Origin: an uncultured Planctomycetaceae bacterium
GTDB lineage: Bacteria; Planctomycetota; Planctomycetia; Planctomycetales; Planctomycetaceae
Assembly: GCA_963813715.1 (NCBI GenBank)
Contig: CAWFAK010000016.1
Span: forward strand, 384,001 to 448,000
Direction of reading: 5' to 3'
Length of the DNA: 64,000 nucleotides
The notes beneath the pieces are model-generated. The model was given only the letters and a program-made list of their open reading frames with translations. It ran no database searches and was not told where the DNA came from. Made by a program: the position numbers and the translations under genes. Position 1 is the first letter of the stretch. Every line of letters starts with the position of its first letter. This document shows positions 21,832-32,949 of this stretch, piece after piece.

Positions 21832-23575
21832 TCAGATGGCTTGAAGGCCAGCCCGGATCTGGTCGACGACTGTATCCCAGTCCCCCCAAACTGGTTGGCG
21901 GAAGAGACGCATCGTCGGATACCAGGAGCAGTCGGACCGGTCCAGATGCCAACGCCAATCGGGCGTGTGGCAGAGCATCGTCCAGACGGGACGCCCCAAC
22001 GCCCCGGCCAGATGGGCAATTGCGGTGTCGACGGTGATCAGCAGATCGAGCTGACCCAGGACGGCTGCCGTGTCGGCAAAGTCTGGCAGCCTGCCGCCGA
22101 CGTCCACCACGGAGCCCGCCGGAAAGGCCGCCGTCAGCTGTGCGCCGGACGTCGCACCGTATTGCAGGCTGAAGAAGCGGATTCCGGGAAGCTCGATCAG
22201 GGGACGCAGCTTCTCCGGCGGACAGGAGCGCACGACGTCGCGAGTCTGCCGGGGATTTCCCTGCCAGACCAGCCCGACCCGTCGCGCGGCATCGCGTTCG
22301 CCGATCAGCCGGGCAAGCGGCGGCGACAACTCGGGCGCATGCAAGTAAGGAACCGACTGGCCGACGTCGGCGATCGTCGCGCCGAGCAACCCAGGCAGAG
22401 ACGCCAACGGCACATGCCAATCGAACTGGGGAAGATGCGTCTTCGTTGGTGCAGACGTCGGCCCCGAGACAGTTCTCTTCCTCGCACTCTTCCAACAGCC
22501 GGCGGAGAGCGGGCTGACAGCATACGATCACGCGCGCCTGCGACTTTTGGCGGCAATGCGGCAGAAAGCGTGCGAATTGAATCGTGTCGCCCAATCCCTG
22601 GTCGGCGTAAACCAGCAGCCGTTGGCCGGGGATCGGTCGGCCGTCCCATTCGGTCGTCGCGGGTCCCGGGGCGCTCGTTCCCGCGATCCGGGCATGCTGT
22701 CGATAACCGACCCATCCTTCGGCGTAGCGGCCGGCCAGCAGCAGCGTCGTCCCCAGGTTGAACTCCGCCAGCGCGAACTTCGGGTCCAGCTCGAGAGCCC
22801 GGCGAAACGCCGTGCAGGCGTCGTCCAATCGATGCAGCGATCGCAGGACGACGCCCAGGTTGTTGAAGCCCTCCGCATAGTCGGGCTTCAGCGCGACGGC
22901 TCGCTCGGCCTCCGTGAGCCCTTCGTCCAAGCGTCCCTGGCGTTCGAACACGAATGCGAGGCTACAGGCGGCTTCGGCGAATTCGGGTCGCTCGGCGAGT
23001 GCTGTGCGATAGACGTCGGCCGCTTCGTCGAGTCGCTCCTGTCGCACCAGTGCGGCGGCCAGAGCCATCATCACGTCGAGACAGTCAGGCTGCTGCCGGA
23101 GCGCGTCCTGCAGCACCGCGATCGCTTCGGCGTCTTTGTTGTGCCGCTGGAGCACGCGAGCCAGCTGCAGGTGGTAGGCCGATTCCGCGGGCTTGATCCG
23201 CAGGGCGCGGCGCAAGGAGATTTCCGCTTCGGCGAAGCGACCGGCCGACTCCAACAAGCGGGCCAGATTGGCGTGGGCCAGGTCGAAGTCGGGATTCAGG
23301 TCAATTGCCGAGCGATAGGCTCGGACGGCCGCGTCGACCGCGCCAAGCACCTGATAGGCCACCGCCAGATTGTTCTGGATGTCGGGGATGTCGGGGCGGA
23401 GCCGGGCCGCGCGGGTGAAGACGTCAATCGCCTCGCGCAAGCGACCGAGCTGCAGCAAGGCGGTCCCGTAAAGATAGAGAGCGTCCCACTGATCGGGGTC
23501 GGCCGCCAACACCTGCTGATAGCGAGCGACTGCCGCACTCAGATCGACGGTGCGGTCGCGAGCGATGGTGGACAA
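21832..23575 (-). CDS. TPR-repeat protein with C-terminal glycosyltransferase family 9-like domain, frameshift near 22430
   Basis: Multiple TPRs; WDG...DQGLGDTIQFARF; VGLVWQGNP; DLLITVDTAIAHLAGALG; DWRW. Confidence 0.9.
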
Positions 23576-23822
23576 GGACCCGGGTCCTTCCGGAAGGTCG
23601 CAAGAAAGTGCCGCCAAGCACAGACGAGCATTCTAAGTCGGCTCGGGACGGCTTCACAACGGCGGCAGCACGATGTTCGCAGCGGCGAGGTCTGCGGTAT
23701 GATGAAACGCCGTGCGGGTCCGATCGAACGTGTCCGCGGCGATCCTCAAACGCGACTGCTCTGGTCGAAACGACAGAGTCTCGAGCGGGAGGACCGCTGC
23801 TTAGCTTCCAAAGTGTGCCAGG

Positions 23823-24201
23823 ATGAGCGAGACCCAAAGCTATCCGTACGAAACGCACCTGGATCTTCGCTACGCGCAGGGCGAAGTGGTCGACGTGAAA
23901 GCTGCTCGTCGAAGCCTGCCAACATCCCTGGTACAACCAAACTCTCTGCCAGGTGAACGATTCGGTTGTGCGGCTCGGCGTCGTGAAGGGCGAGTATCAT
24001 TGGCACAAGCACGATGACGACGACGAATTCTTCTACGTGGTCGACGGCAAACTGCTGATCGACCTCGAAGACCGAACGGTGGAGCTGACCCCCGGAAAGG
24101 GATACGTCGTCTCGAAGGGCGTTGTGCACCGCACGCGGGCGCCGGAAAAGACCGTGATGCTGATGGTCGAGAACGCCGGCATTATCCCCACTGGGAACTG
24201 A
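23823..24201 (+). CDS. Cupin domain protein, frameshift near 23905
   Basis: GEYHWHKHDDDDEFFYVVDG...VVHRTRAP. Confidence 0.88.
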
Positions 24202-24217
24202 CGCCGCGAGTTCCGAA

Positions 24218-26443
24218 CTACATGCGGAAGTGGAACGTGCGGCGGAAGTAGCGCCAGATCCAGCCGACCGCTGACCGCCGCTCGACGGTGAGGCGAGCGC
24301 GGCCCCGCATGCCGCTGCGAAGCAGGTCGGCGTCGTCGTCGAGCCGCACGGTGCCTTGGTAAGCGCTGTTGGTCAGCCGCTCGTGCCCTTTTTGATCGGC
24401 GGTGGTGGCCAGCTCACCGCCTGCTTTGCTGGAGAGCACCTCGGGCGCGATTTCCGACTCGCGGTCGGAAATGTGATCAATCTTGCCGGTGTAAGTGCGG
24501 TCGGCAATGTGTTCGAGTTGAATCTGCACGGTCTGCCCCAAGCGGAGGTCTTTGCGGTCGGCCTGGTCGATATACAAAACCGCGTTGAATTCTTTGTGGG
24601 GGGCGATCGAGAGGACGTGCGTCCGTTCGGTCAGTTGGCAGCCGAGGTTCTCCGGATCGAGCGGATTGCCGTACCAGCGGCTCAGCTGCCGGCTCTGTTC
24701 GGGCAAGGTCGGCTCCGGCACGCGCGGGGCCGACACAACGTAACCGTCACACGGTGCCCGCAACTCCAGCTGCGCCAGTTGGCGATCGTAATCGGCCAGC
24801 TGCGTTTCGATGCCGGCAAGGACCGTCCTGGCGATCCGCTCTTGCGGAGAGTCGGCCAGCGCTCGCTCCAAATTGACTTCTTGCTGCTGAGCGTCGCGCT
24901 GCATTGCCAGGTTGCGGCGCTTCTGCTCGGTCTCTTGATTAACCAGCTTGACCAACAGATCGCCCTTGGCGACGCGGTCGCCCGGATGCACGTGGACTTC
25001 GGCCACCCGACCCGGGGTGATCGCGTACACGTGAGCCACATCGAGCGGCTCGACCATGAAGACCATTTCTTCATGCAGCGGCAACGGCACAAGGAGGGCC
25101 GCGGCCAACAACAAGACGACCGCAGAAATGGTGATTGTCAGCTTGCGCATGTCCAGGGGATCACTCCGAGGGGCGCTCACGATGCGATAGACCGAATAAA
25201 ACACATTGCCGACGACTGCCGCCAGCGAACACACTGCCAAAAAGATCCCGATGCTCTGCAGTCCGTACGGCTTGAGCCAGCGATACAAGAAGAGCGTGAT
25301 CCCGAATACGATCACCCAGCGATAGATGGCCGCCGCGATGGCAAAAATCACGAACCAGACGCGGCCCGTTTCCGGCATAAAGGGGTCGGGACGTGTCTCG
25401 ATCCCCAGGCAATACCAGGAGAACTTCTCGCTGAGCATTTTGTCCGCCTTGGGGCGGAGGTTGGGCACCTCGAGATAGTCGGCCAGCATGAAATAGCCGT
25501 CGTAGCGCATCAGCGGGTTGGCGTTGAAGATCACCGTCGACACGGTCGACACAAAAAAGACGTTCAGACAGAGGTAGTGCAGGAGGCCGGGGTTCGTGTT
25601 CCACCAGACGAAAATTGCGACCGCCGAGAGCACCGTCTCGACGTACATGCCGGCCAGACCGATATAGATGCGGTGCCACTTGTTCCGCATCATCCAGGCG
25701 TCGGAAACGTCGCAATACAAGGTGGGGCTGAAGACCAGCAGCATGATGCCCATCTGGTGGCATTCGCCGCCGAAGTGCTTGCAAGTGAGTCCGTGGCCGA
25801 ACTCGTGCAGAATCTTAGTCACGGCCACGGTGATCCACAGATAGATCATGTTCTTCATCGTGAAGAACTGCTGGAACTCGGGCAGGCGGCGGCGGAACTC
25901 GCTGAACTCCGTGCCGACCAGGAGCAGCGACGAAGCCACGAGCGTCACGCACAGCGCGACGGCCCAAGGCGAATAAATCCAATACAGCCGCGGATGCAGC
26001 CATTTCAACATCCGCTCCGGATCCCAGCCCGGCAGGCGGATGTAAAGCAGGTTGCGGCAGAAGCCCCAGAACTTCTCCATCCGCTGGGCGCGGCGGTGCT
26101 TGATCAGGGCGGCTCCCTGACCGAACCGCATGCTTTGCAGCAGGCCCTTGTCGTGCAGGTCGGTGATCAGCTGCTGCACGTCGTTGAGCGTGACGGTCAA
26201 CGTGGGAAACTGGCGGAGCAGCTCGTTGCGGATTTCGTCGAGATTGCGGGACCCGTCGAGCAGGCAGAGCACCCCGAACTGCTCGGCGTGCAGCCGGTGA
26301 TACTTGAGTCCCACGGGATCCTTGATGACGTAGGACCCGATTCCCTGGTACTCGATGCGGCGCACGCCCAGGTCGGGGCGGCGACGCAGCGGGATCGGCC
26401 GCCGATTCGACGGCAGCATCGTCCCCCCGAGAGTGATGCTCAT
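24218..26443 (-). CDS. PqqD/RRE-like domain + M50 (site-2) zinc metalloprotease + HlyD-like adaptor fusion (741 aa)
   Basis: N-terminal YVIKDP...LLDGSRNLDEI...LHDKGLL; HEFGH; NANPLMRYDGY; lipoyl-like GRVAEVHVHPGDRV, coiled coil, LRSGMRGRARL. Confidence 0.88.
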   Translation of the reverse strand: MSITLGGTMLPSNRRPIPLRRRPDLGVRRIEYQGIGSYVIKDPVGLKYHRLHAEQFGVLCLLDGSRNLDEIRNELLRQFPTLTVTLNDVQQLITDLHDKGLLQSMRFGQGAALIKHRRAQRMEKFWGFCRNLLYIRLPGWDPERMLKWLHPRLYWIYSPWAVALCVTLVASSLLLVGTEFSEFRRRLPEFQQFFTMKNMIYLWITVAVTKILHEFGHGLTCKHFGGECHQMGIMLLVFSPTLYCDVSDAWMMRNKWHRIYIGLAGMYVETVLSAVAIFVWWNTNPGLLHYLCLNVFFVSTVSTVIFNANPLMRYDGYFMLADYLEVPNLRPKADKMLSEKFSWYCLGIETRPDPFMPETGRVWFVIFAIAAAIYRWVIVFGITLFLYRWLKPYGLQSIGIFLAVCSLAAVVGNVFYSVYRIVSAPRSDPLDMRKLTITISAVVLLLAAALLVPLPLHEEMVFMVEPLDVAHVYAITPGRVAEVHVHPGDRVAKGDLLVKLVNQETEQKRRNLAMQRDAQQQEVNLERALADSPQERIARTVLAGIETQLADYDRQLAQLELRAPCDGYVVSAPRVPEPTLPEQSRQLSRWYGNPLDPENLGCQLTERTHVLSIAPHKEFNAVLYIDQADRKDLRLGQTVQIQLEHIADRTYTGKIDHISDRESEIAPEVLSSKAGGELATTADQKGHERLTNSAYQGTVRLDDDADLLRSGMRGRARLTVERRSAVGWIWRYFRRTFHFRM

Positions 26444-27439
26444 GGCGCTGGCAGTTCCCGCTGTCCGACTTTCGAGCCGACCGGCGCCGGACGGTCAGTG
26501 GCGGCACCCGGATTCCCGGCCTCGACTGGCCCGACCAGGATGGTCATGGTTGCGTTGAAACCGGGCCGCAGCACGTTGCCCGGATTGGGCACTTCCGCCC
26601 AGACGCGCGTCTGGCCGACGGTCGACACGGCGTCGACGAAACCGATCTTTCCGTGAAAGACCTGCTTCTCGACCGGGAGGTCGGCATTCTTGATGTTGAG
26701 GACAACGGTGACTGGAGAGCCCCGCTGGACCTGCCAGATGTCGTGTTCGTCAACCAGTCCTTCGACGTGAACCATGTCGGTGTTGACCATTTCCAGGATC
26801 GTGTCTCCCTGCTTCACGGCCTCGCCCCGATGTTTCAATACCTGGCTGACAGCGCCGTCGAAGGGAGCCAGAATGTGGTAGGTATCGAGCTCGACCTTGG
26901 CCTGCGTGGCCTTCATGTCGTTAACGGCCATGTCGTGCTTGGCCTTGTCGATCTGCAGACGCGCTTCGCTGTTCGGCCAGTTTGAGCCGCCGCAGCTCGA
27001 TATCCGAGATCGTTCCCGGGGCTTTCTTGTTGGCCTCGACGCTTTGGAGATATTCGACCGCGTCGACCGCGTTGAGTTTTTCGGCGTATCGAACTTCGAT
27101 CTTGTCGTCCGCGACGAGTTTGGCGACTTCCCAGTTGGCTCTGGGCACGTCGTCCATCAGCCGGACGATTTCCTCACCTTCTTTGACGGTATCACCTTCC
27201 TGGGGATCGATGCGGGCAATGACGCCCGGGCGGTCAGTGGCAACGCGGGCCGTTTTCACGGCCTTGATGTTGCAGTCTTTGATGACAATCTGACTGGACT
27301 GAGAGGGAGTTTGCAGGTCGGCGGCCGCCAACGGGCGATCCGATTCCGCAATAAAGGCCAGCGGCAGCAAGAATGCCACGGGCACCAAAAACGAGGCAGC
27401 CACCAGGCCGCTGGCCGCGATTGGTCGAAGCAGGTTCAT
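26440..27439 (-). CDS. Efflux RND/HlyD-family periplasmic adaptor subunit, frameshift near 26980
   Basis: Signal/TM anchor; PGVIARIDPQEGDTVKEG; ILAPFDGAV; NPGNVLRPG. Stop overlaps the start of the M50 fusion gene. Confidence 0.88.
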
Positions 27440-27822
27440 GGCACTACCCGAAAAAGGAACCGACCTTCCCTGAAAGACTTGGACGTCCCGCACAAGTTCC
27501 CCGCCAGCTCTTACAGGTCCCCAGCCACACTTTCAAAGTGAACCCAACTGTCACAGGGAAATTCTCACAGAACGTCCCACCCTCAACAAGACGCGGGCGG
27601 GACCCGTTCGGCAAGGTGCTGGTGACCGACCGGAAAATTCGTTTCAGCTTTCCGCGCCCGCGGGACGTCCGCGAGAGCCGTATTAGTTTTGCGACGCGGC
27701 ATCAATTAAATACGCTACTCGAGCCTTAGTCGCTGCACCTCCTGTGGCAAAGCGGACGATTTCCCCTAAGATTAGAAGACGGTTTTTCCGCCCGCCCGCG
27801 ATTTCCAAATCATTCTGGTCGC

Positions 27823-29845
27823 ATGACAAACGTCGCCAGTGTTCAGCAAGCGCGCGACCGCGTGCTGCAAATGGCCCGGCAGATCGAGGAGCTTGCCCAG
27901 ACGGCAGCCCCGCCGGAGACGTTTTTTCCCGAGTTCTTGCGACTCTTGGTCAACTCGCTGGGAGCGCGGGCCGGTGCGATCTGGCTGCTCGAGGGAGGAT
28001 CGCGGCTGCGGCTGGCCCATGAGCTCAAGTTCATCGAAATCGGCATTCGCGAGAATTCGCCGGCGGCCGCCCTCAACGACCGCCTGATCAACGAGGCCCT
28101 GACCACCGGTCAGGCGGTTAGTTTTGCCCCCGATGACCCCGCCAGCGCCAACAGGGTGCCGGCGCCCTACCTCGTGCTCTTGGCGGCGCTGCAGGTCGGC
28201 GAAGAGTCGATGGGAGTGGTCGAGGTCTTTCAGCGGGCCGACGCGCCGCGCGACGCCCGTCCCGGCTTTCTGCAGTTTGTCGAACAGATGGTCGGGCATG
28301 CCTCCGGCTACCTGCAACGGCAGCAGGTGGAGCGCCAGCCCCAAGATCCCGCTTCGTTTCTGGCCGACTTCGAGCAGTTTTTGCTGCAGTTGCAACGCGG
28401 CGAGAATGTGGAAGAAGTGGCGACGACTGCCGCCAACGACGGTCGGCAGCTACTCGGCTGCGATCGTCTCAGCGTCGCTGTGCATAAAGGGGTGAAGACC
28501 TCGATCGTGGCCATCAGCGGGCAGGACAGCGTCAATGCACGCTCGAACCTGGCACGTGCGATGGCTCTGCTAGCCGAACGAGTGATCGAGCTGCGCGAAC
28601 CGCTCACGTTCAGTGGCAAGATCGATGAACTGCCGCCGCAGGTCGAGCAGCCTCTGGCCGATTTCGTGCACGAGAGCGGATCCCGGATGGTGAAGTTGCT
28701 GCCGCTCGTCGAGCCGGAGCCGCTCGTTAGCCGGCGAGAAGAGGATCAAAAACGCAAATCGCCACCACGGCCGCGCGAGACGATCGGCTGCCTGGTGATC
28801 GAACAGACGGCCGAAAGCCGTCCGCGGCTCACGGTCGAATCCCGCTCCGGTCTGCTGGCCGAGCACGTCAGCGCGGTCATGACACGGGCCCGGCAAAGCG
28901 ATCGCATTTTGTTTTTGCGATTGTGGCAGGCCTTGGGCCACGGCGTGGAATGGTTCCACGGTCGCCGTCTGGCCAAGGCGCTGGCCGGGCTGGCCCTCGT
29001 GATTGCCGTAGTCGCTGCCCTGTGGCTCGTTCCATACGACTATCGGGTCACCGGCAAGGGAAAACTGATGCCTGTCCTGCGGCATCAGATCTTCGCGCCG
29101 AAACCGGCGATGTGATTCAGCTCTACGTCCACGGCGGCGACATGGTCAAGAAGGATCAGCGACTGCTGCAGCTGCGCAACCAACAGCTGACGGCCGAGCT
29201 GAACGAAAACGTCTCGAAGCTCGATCAAGCCGCGCAGCAGATGCGTTCTTCGGCGCGGTGCAGGTTGCGGCCGCGAAGGACGCCGACCGTCCGGCAGAGC
29301 TCCGCGCCAACGCCGAACGTCTCAAGGCCCAGGTTGAAGTCAAAGGCTTGACCGACATTGTCAACATCCAACAGGAGCGGGTCGACCATCTATTGCTGAC
29401 CGCGCCCATCGACGGACGGGTCGCTTCGTTCCAAGTCGAAGAGACGCTGCAGAATCGCCCGGTCCAGCAAGGCGAGATGTTGCTCGAAATCATGGACGAA
29501 AAGGGGCCCTGGCGGCTCGAGCTCGAGGTGGACGGCAACCGCATGGGCCACGTGCTGCGGGCCTGGAACGCCAGCCCGACGCACCAGCTCGAGGTTGAGT
29601 TCATCCCGGAAACGGCGCTCGAATCGACCTTTAACGCCACTCTCGATTCGATTGCCACGCGCTCGGCCGTCTCGGGTGAGCAGTCGAACATCTTCGAGAT
29701 GCACGCCTCGACCGACGCCTCGAAGATTCCCGACTTGTGGATCGGCGCCGAAGTGCGAGCGAAGATCAACTGCGGCAAACGAAGCCTGGGTTACGTCCTC
29801 TTTGGCGACGTGGTCGAATTCATCCGTCAGAAGCTTTGGCTCTGA
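27823..29845 (+). CDS. GAF-like domains + TM + HlyD-family adaptor protein, frameshifts near 29108 and 29258
   Basis: Two GAF-like N-terminal regions, a TM helix, LTAPIDGRV, RPVQQGEMLLEI, GAEVRAKINCGKRSLGYVLF. Confidence 0.85.
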
Positions 29846-29912
29846 CAGACGCACGTGCGGTCCTGAAGCTGCGCTCGCGAGTAGTGGCGCTGCCCGCTAA
29901 ATCGATGCGGGA

Positions 29913-30179
29913 TCAACCCATCCAGCGGATGGTGCAAAGCTTGTAGTCGCTGCCCAGCTGCTTTCGCAGCAGGCCTTCGAGTTCGCTTTGCTCGAGATTT
30001 GTTTTGAGCAAGACGTCGTCGCGGACTCCGCGAATGAGATGATGTAACACGGCGTCGAGCGGCCGGGCGTTTGAATGGATGCCCTGATCTTCGAGCTCGA
30101 GCAGCTTCTTGCCAATGTTCTCGACCGAAGGTCCCAACGCCCGATCACTGATCGTGACTACGAAGGATCGATCCGTCAT
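29913..30179 (-). CDS. Small hypothetical protein (88 aa)
   Basis: AAGGA RBS-like sequence upstream of ATG; protein-like composition. Confidence 0.5.
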   Translation of the reverse strand: MTDRSFVVTISDRALGPSVENIGKKLLELEDQGIHSNARPLDAVLHHLIRGVRDDVLLKTNLEQSELEGLLRKQLGSDYKLCTIRWMG

Positions 30180-31048
30180 GTTCGGTCCTTTCAGAGATGT
30201 GAGCCAATTATAATCACGCCGGCGAAAGGATGTCGCGTGGCCATCGATTGATGTCAGTGCTCTAGCGGTCGGTCCAACCACCACCGCAATTCATCGTCCT
30301 CGTTGTGATCCAGGGTCGACTCGATTCAATTCGCCTTTGACAAAGGATTTTTGTCTGATCTGCAACGTCTTTCCGGGCAGTGCTTTGCGGCGTCTAATCT
30401 CGGCCTAAGTTCACTTCGTCCAATTGACCTCCGACCGCAGCAGTGCGAATAATTCGCCTGACGGATCAGGGCGGATGCCAGATCTGAGGTCGGCCCTTTG
30501 CTCTGGATCGCGGTGGCTGCGCGGGCAGTGGAGATCCGCGATTTCCGAAGCAAATCATGCGGAAACGGCGCGAAACCGTTCGGACAAAAATTTCTCTTTT
30601 TTTTCGTCTGACCGGTGGGATTGTTGGGCAGCAAAGTGGGATTGTGTTAGCATAGGCGGTTTATCACGGCGAATAATGGATTCGCCTTGGCTGGTTCTCG
30701 TTGGAGAGAAAGGATGCTATCACAGAGAACCCACTCTTCCCTCATTGCTTGCCGGCCATCCAGCAGCGTTTCTTCTGCAATCGGCCCCAGGGCGAGTACG
30801 TCGTAGGAGAGTGATCCTCCGCGACGATGCCGGGCTTGGTTTGCCTGCTGGCGGGACTCCCATGCTCCAGGCGGGCGTCGTGGACCGACAGGGCGATTAG
30901 CGCGAACGAGAGCGGTTTCGAAAGAGTCGTTTCTCCTATCGGCTGATTCGTCCGTCGGACGAGTGCAAGGAAGTACGAAAAGTTTGATTGGGCTTTCTCG
31001 TGCAAGGATGTGCGATCCGAAACGGTTCCATGTGGAAGGGAGCTTTCC

Positions 31049-32767
31049 GTGTATCAGGTTGATGCTGCACTAAAGAGCGTCGTTGACGGCGCCATGAAGC
31101 GCGGCTTTGTCTCGTATCATCAGGTCAATGAATATCTGCCCGACGAGGGGGGCGATCCGGGTCTGGCCGACCGATTGATTCTCACGATGGAGGAGTTGGG
31201 ACTCGATCTGGCCGACGACCCTCAGCGCCGAAAATTGCCGGACGCCGACGATCCGGCCAGCTCGCACTGGTCCGACGACAGCGACGGGGCGTCGCTGGCC
31301 CGCTCGATCATCGGGGCGGAGGCGGCCGCCCTGTCTTCCCGCGATCCCATCCGCATGTACTTGAGCCAGATGGGGAACATTCCCCTCTTGTCGCGCGAAC
31401 GCGAAATCTTCCTGGCCAAGCAGATCGAAATCACCCGCAAGCGATTTCGCCGCACCGTGCTCGAGTCCGACTTCGCCCTGAAGATCGCGGTCGAGACATT
31501 TGAGAAGGTGCGGGCCAACGAACTGCCCTTTGAACGGACGCTCCGCACGTCCGAGACCGAGGCGGTCGGCAAGGAGCAGATCCAAGGGCGGATGACCGAG
31601 AATCTGAAAACGCTCAGGGTCCTGCTCGAAAAGAACGCAGTCGACTCTCGGATTGCCCGCAATGCCGAAGCTCCCAAAGAAAAGCGCAAGGCGGCCGAAG
31701 ATCGCATGAAGATCCGCCGCCGAAAGATGGCCACGCTGTGCGAAGAGTTGAGCCTCCGCACGCAGCGTTTGCAGCCCATCATGAAGCGGATGCATCAGGT
31801 CGCGGAACGCATCACCGAACTGCAACGGCAGTTGCAACGCAGCTCGCGGAGCCACTCGAAGAATAACGAGGCCGAGCTGCTCAAGCGTGAGCTGGCGGAA
31901 ATCGTCGAGATGGTCCTCGAGACGCCGGAGCAGTTCCGGGCCCGCAGCCGCGAGATTAAGCGCCGTTTCGACGCCTGGACCGACGCCAAGCAAAAGCTCA
32001 GCGGCGGCAATCTGCGGCTGGTCGTCTCGATCGCCAAGAAGTACCGCAACCGCGGCCTGAGCTTCTTGGACCTGATTCAGGAAGGCAATGCCGGCCTGAT
32101 GCGCGGTGTCGAGAAGTATGAGTATCGGCGGGGCTACAAGTTTTCGACCTACGCGACGTGGTGGATTCGCCAGGCGATCACCCGGGCCGTGGCCGATCAC
32201 GCCCGCACGATTCGCATCCCGGTCCACATGTTCCAGAGCATCTCCACGCTCAAAGCCAAGAGCGAACAGATTCGCCAGGACACGGGCCGCGAGCCGTCGA
32301 TGGAGGAGCTGGCCGCCGCGGTCGGCTTCGGCGTCGACGAGACCGAGCGGATCATGAAAACCTGGAAGCATCCGATCAGCCTCGATACGCCCGTGGGTGA
32401 GAGCGAGGACAGCAGCTTCGGCGACTTCCTCGAGGACGACAACGAGGACAGCCCGGCCGATTCGGCCACCCAGCAGATGCTGAAGGACAAGATCGAGCAC
32501 GTCCTCAAGAGCCTGACCTATCGCGAGCGCGAGATTATTCGCCTGCGATACGGCTTGGGCGACGGTTATAGCTACACGCTCGAGGAGACCGGACGCATCT
32601 TCAAGGTCACCCGAGAGCGGATCCGGCAGATCGAGTCCAAGGCCCTGAAAAAGCTGCAGCACACGACCCGCAGCACCCATCTCAAGGGCTTTGTGCAGGA
32701 CTTCCTGCCCAGCGACGCGGAAATGACCGACGCCAACCAGGAACTGGTGGGTGCCGTGGCCGAGTAA
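31049..32767 (+). CDS. rpoD: RNA polymerase sigma factor RpoD/SigA family (regions 1.1, 1.2, NCR, 2, 3, 4)
   Basis: [55 protein letters not shown]. May be a paralog, since no dnaG lies upstream. Confidence 0.9.
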   Translation: MYQVDAALKSVVDGAMKRGFVSYHQVNEYLPDEGGDPGLADRLILTMEELGLDLADDPQRRKLPDADDPASSHWSDDSDGASLARSIIGAEAAALSSRDPIRMYLSQMGNIPLLSREREIFLAKQIEITRKRFRRTVLESDFALKIAVETFEKVRANELPFERTLRTSETEAVGKEQIQGRMTENLKTLRVLLEKNAVDSRIARNAEAPKEKRKAAEDRMKIRRRKMATLCEELSLRTQRLQPIMKRMHQVAERITELQRQLQRSSRSHSKNNEAELLKRELAEIVEMVLETPEQFRARSREIKRRFDAWTDAKQKLSGGNLRLVVSIAKKYRNRGLSFLDLIQEGNAGLMRGVEKYEYRRGYKFSTYATWWIRQAITRAVADHARTIRIPVHMFQSISTLKAKSEQIRQDTGREPSMEELAAAVGFGVDETERIMKTWKHPISLDTPVGESEDSSFGDFLEDDNEDSPADSATQQMLKDKIEHVLKSLTYREREIIRLRYGLGDGYSYTLEETGRIFKVTRERIRQIESKALKKLQHTTRSTHLKGFVQDFLPSDAEMTDANQELVGAVAE

Positions 32768-32949
32768 GCCGCGTCGGCGCGTATTTCATGAGCGGACGCC
32801 GTGCCTCCGGGCGCGGCGTCCGCTTTGTTTTTGCCCCTACTCCCAGTCGATTCCTCTGGACCGGTCCGGCCGTCTTTGCTACATGACCGCAGCGACCGGC
32901 GCTCGAACTGCGCCGATTCTCGAAGGCCCTGACCAGGGATGGTCCTCGC

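Noticed and set aside
20375..23617. 1080-aa TPR-ALDH fusion ORF in the track
   Set aside because: Artefact: a frameshift near 22430 carries the TPR frame through the GT9 domain out of frame into the separate ALDH gene.
24356..26656. Long antisense ORFs (e.g. 766 aa here, 31070..32680, 8311..10056)
   Set aside because: Shadow ORFs opposite well-supported genes, typical of high-GC DNA.
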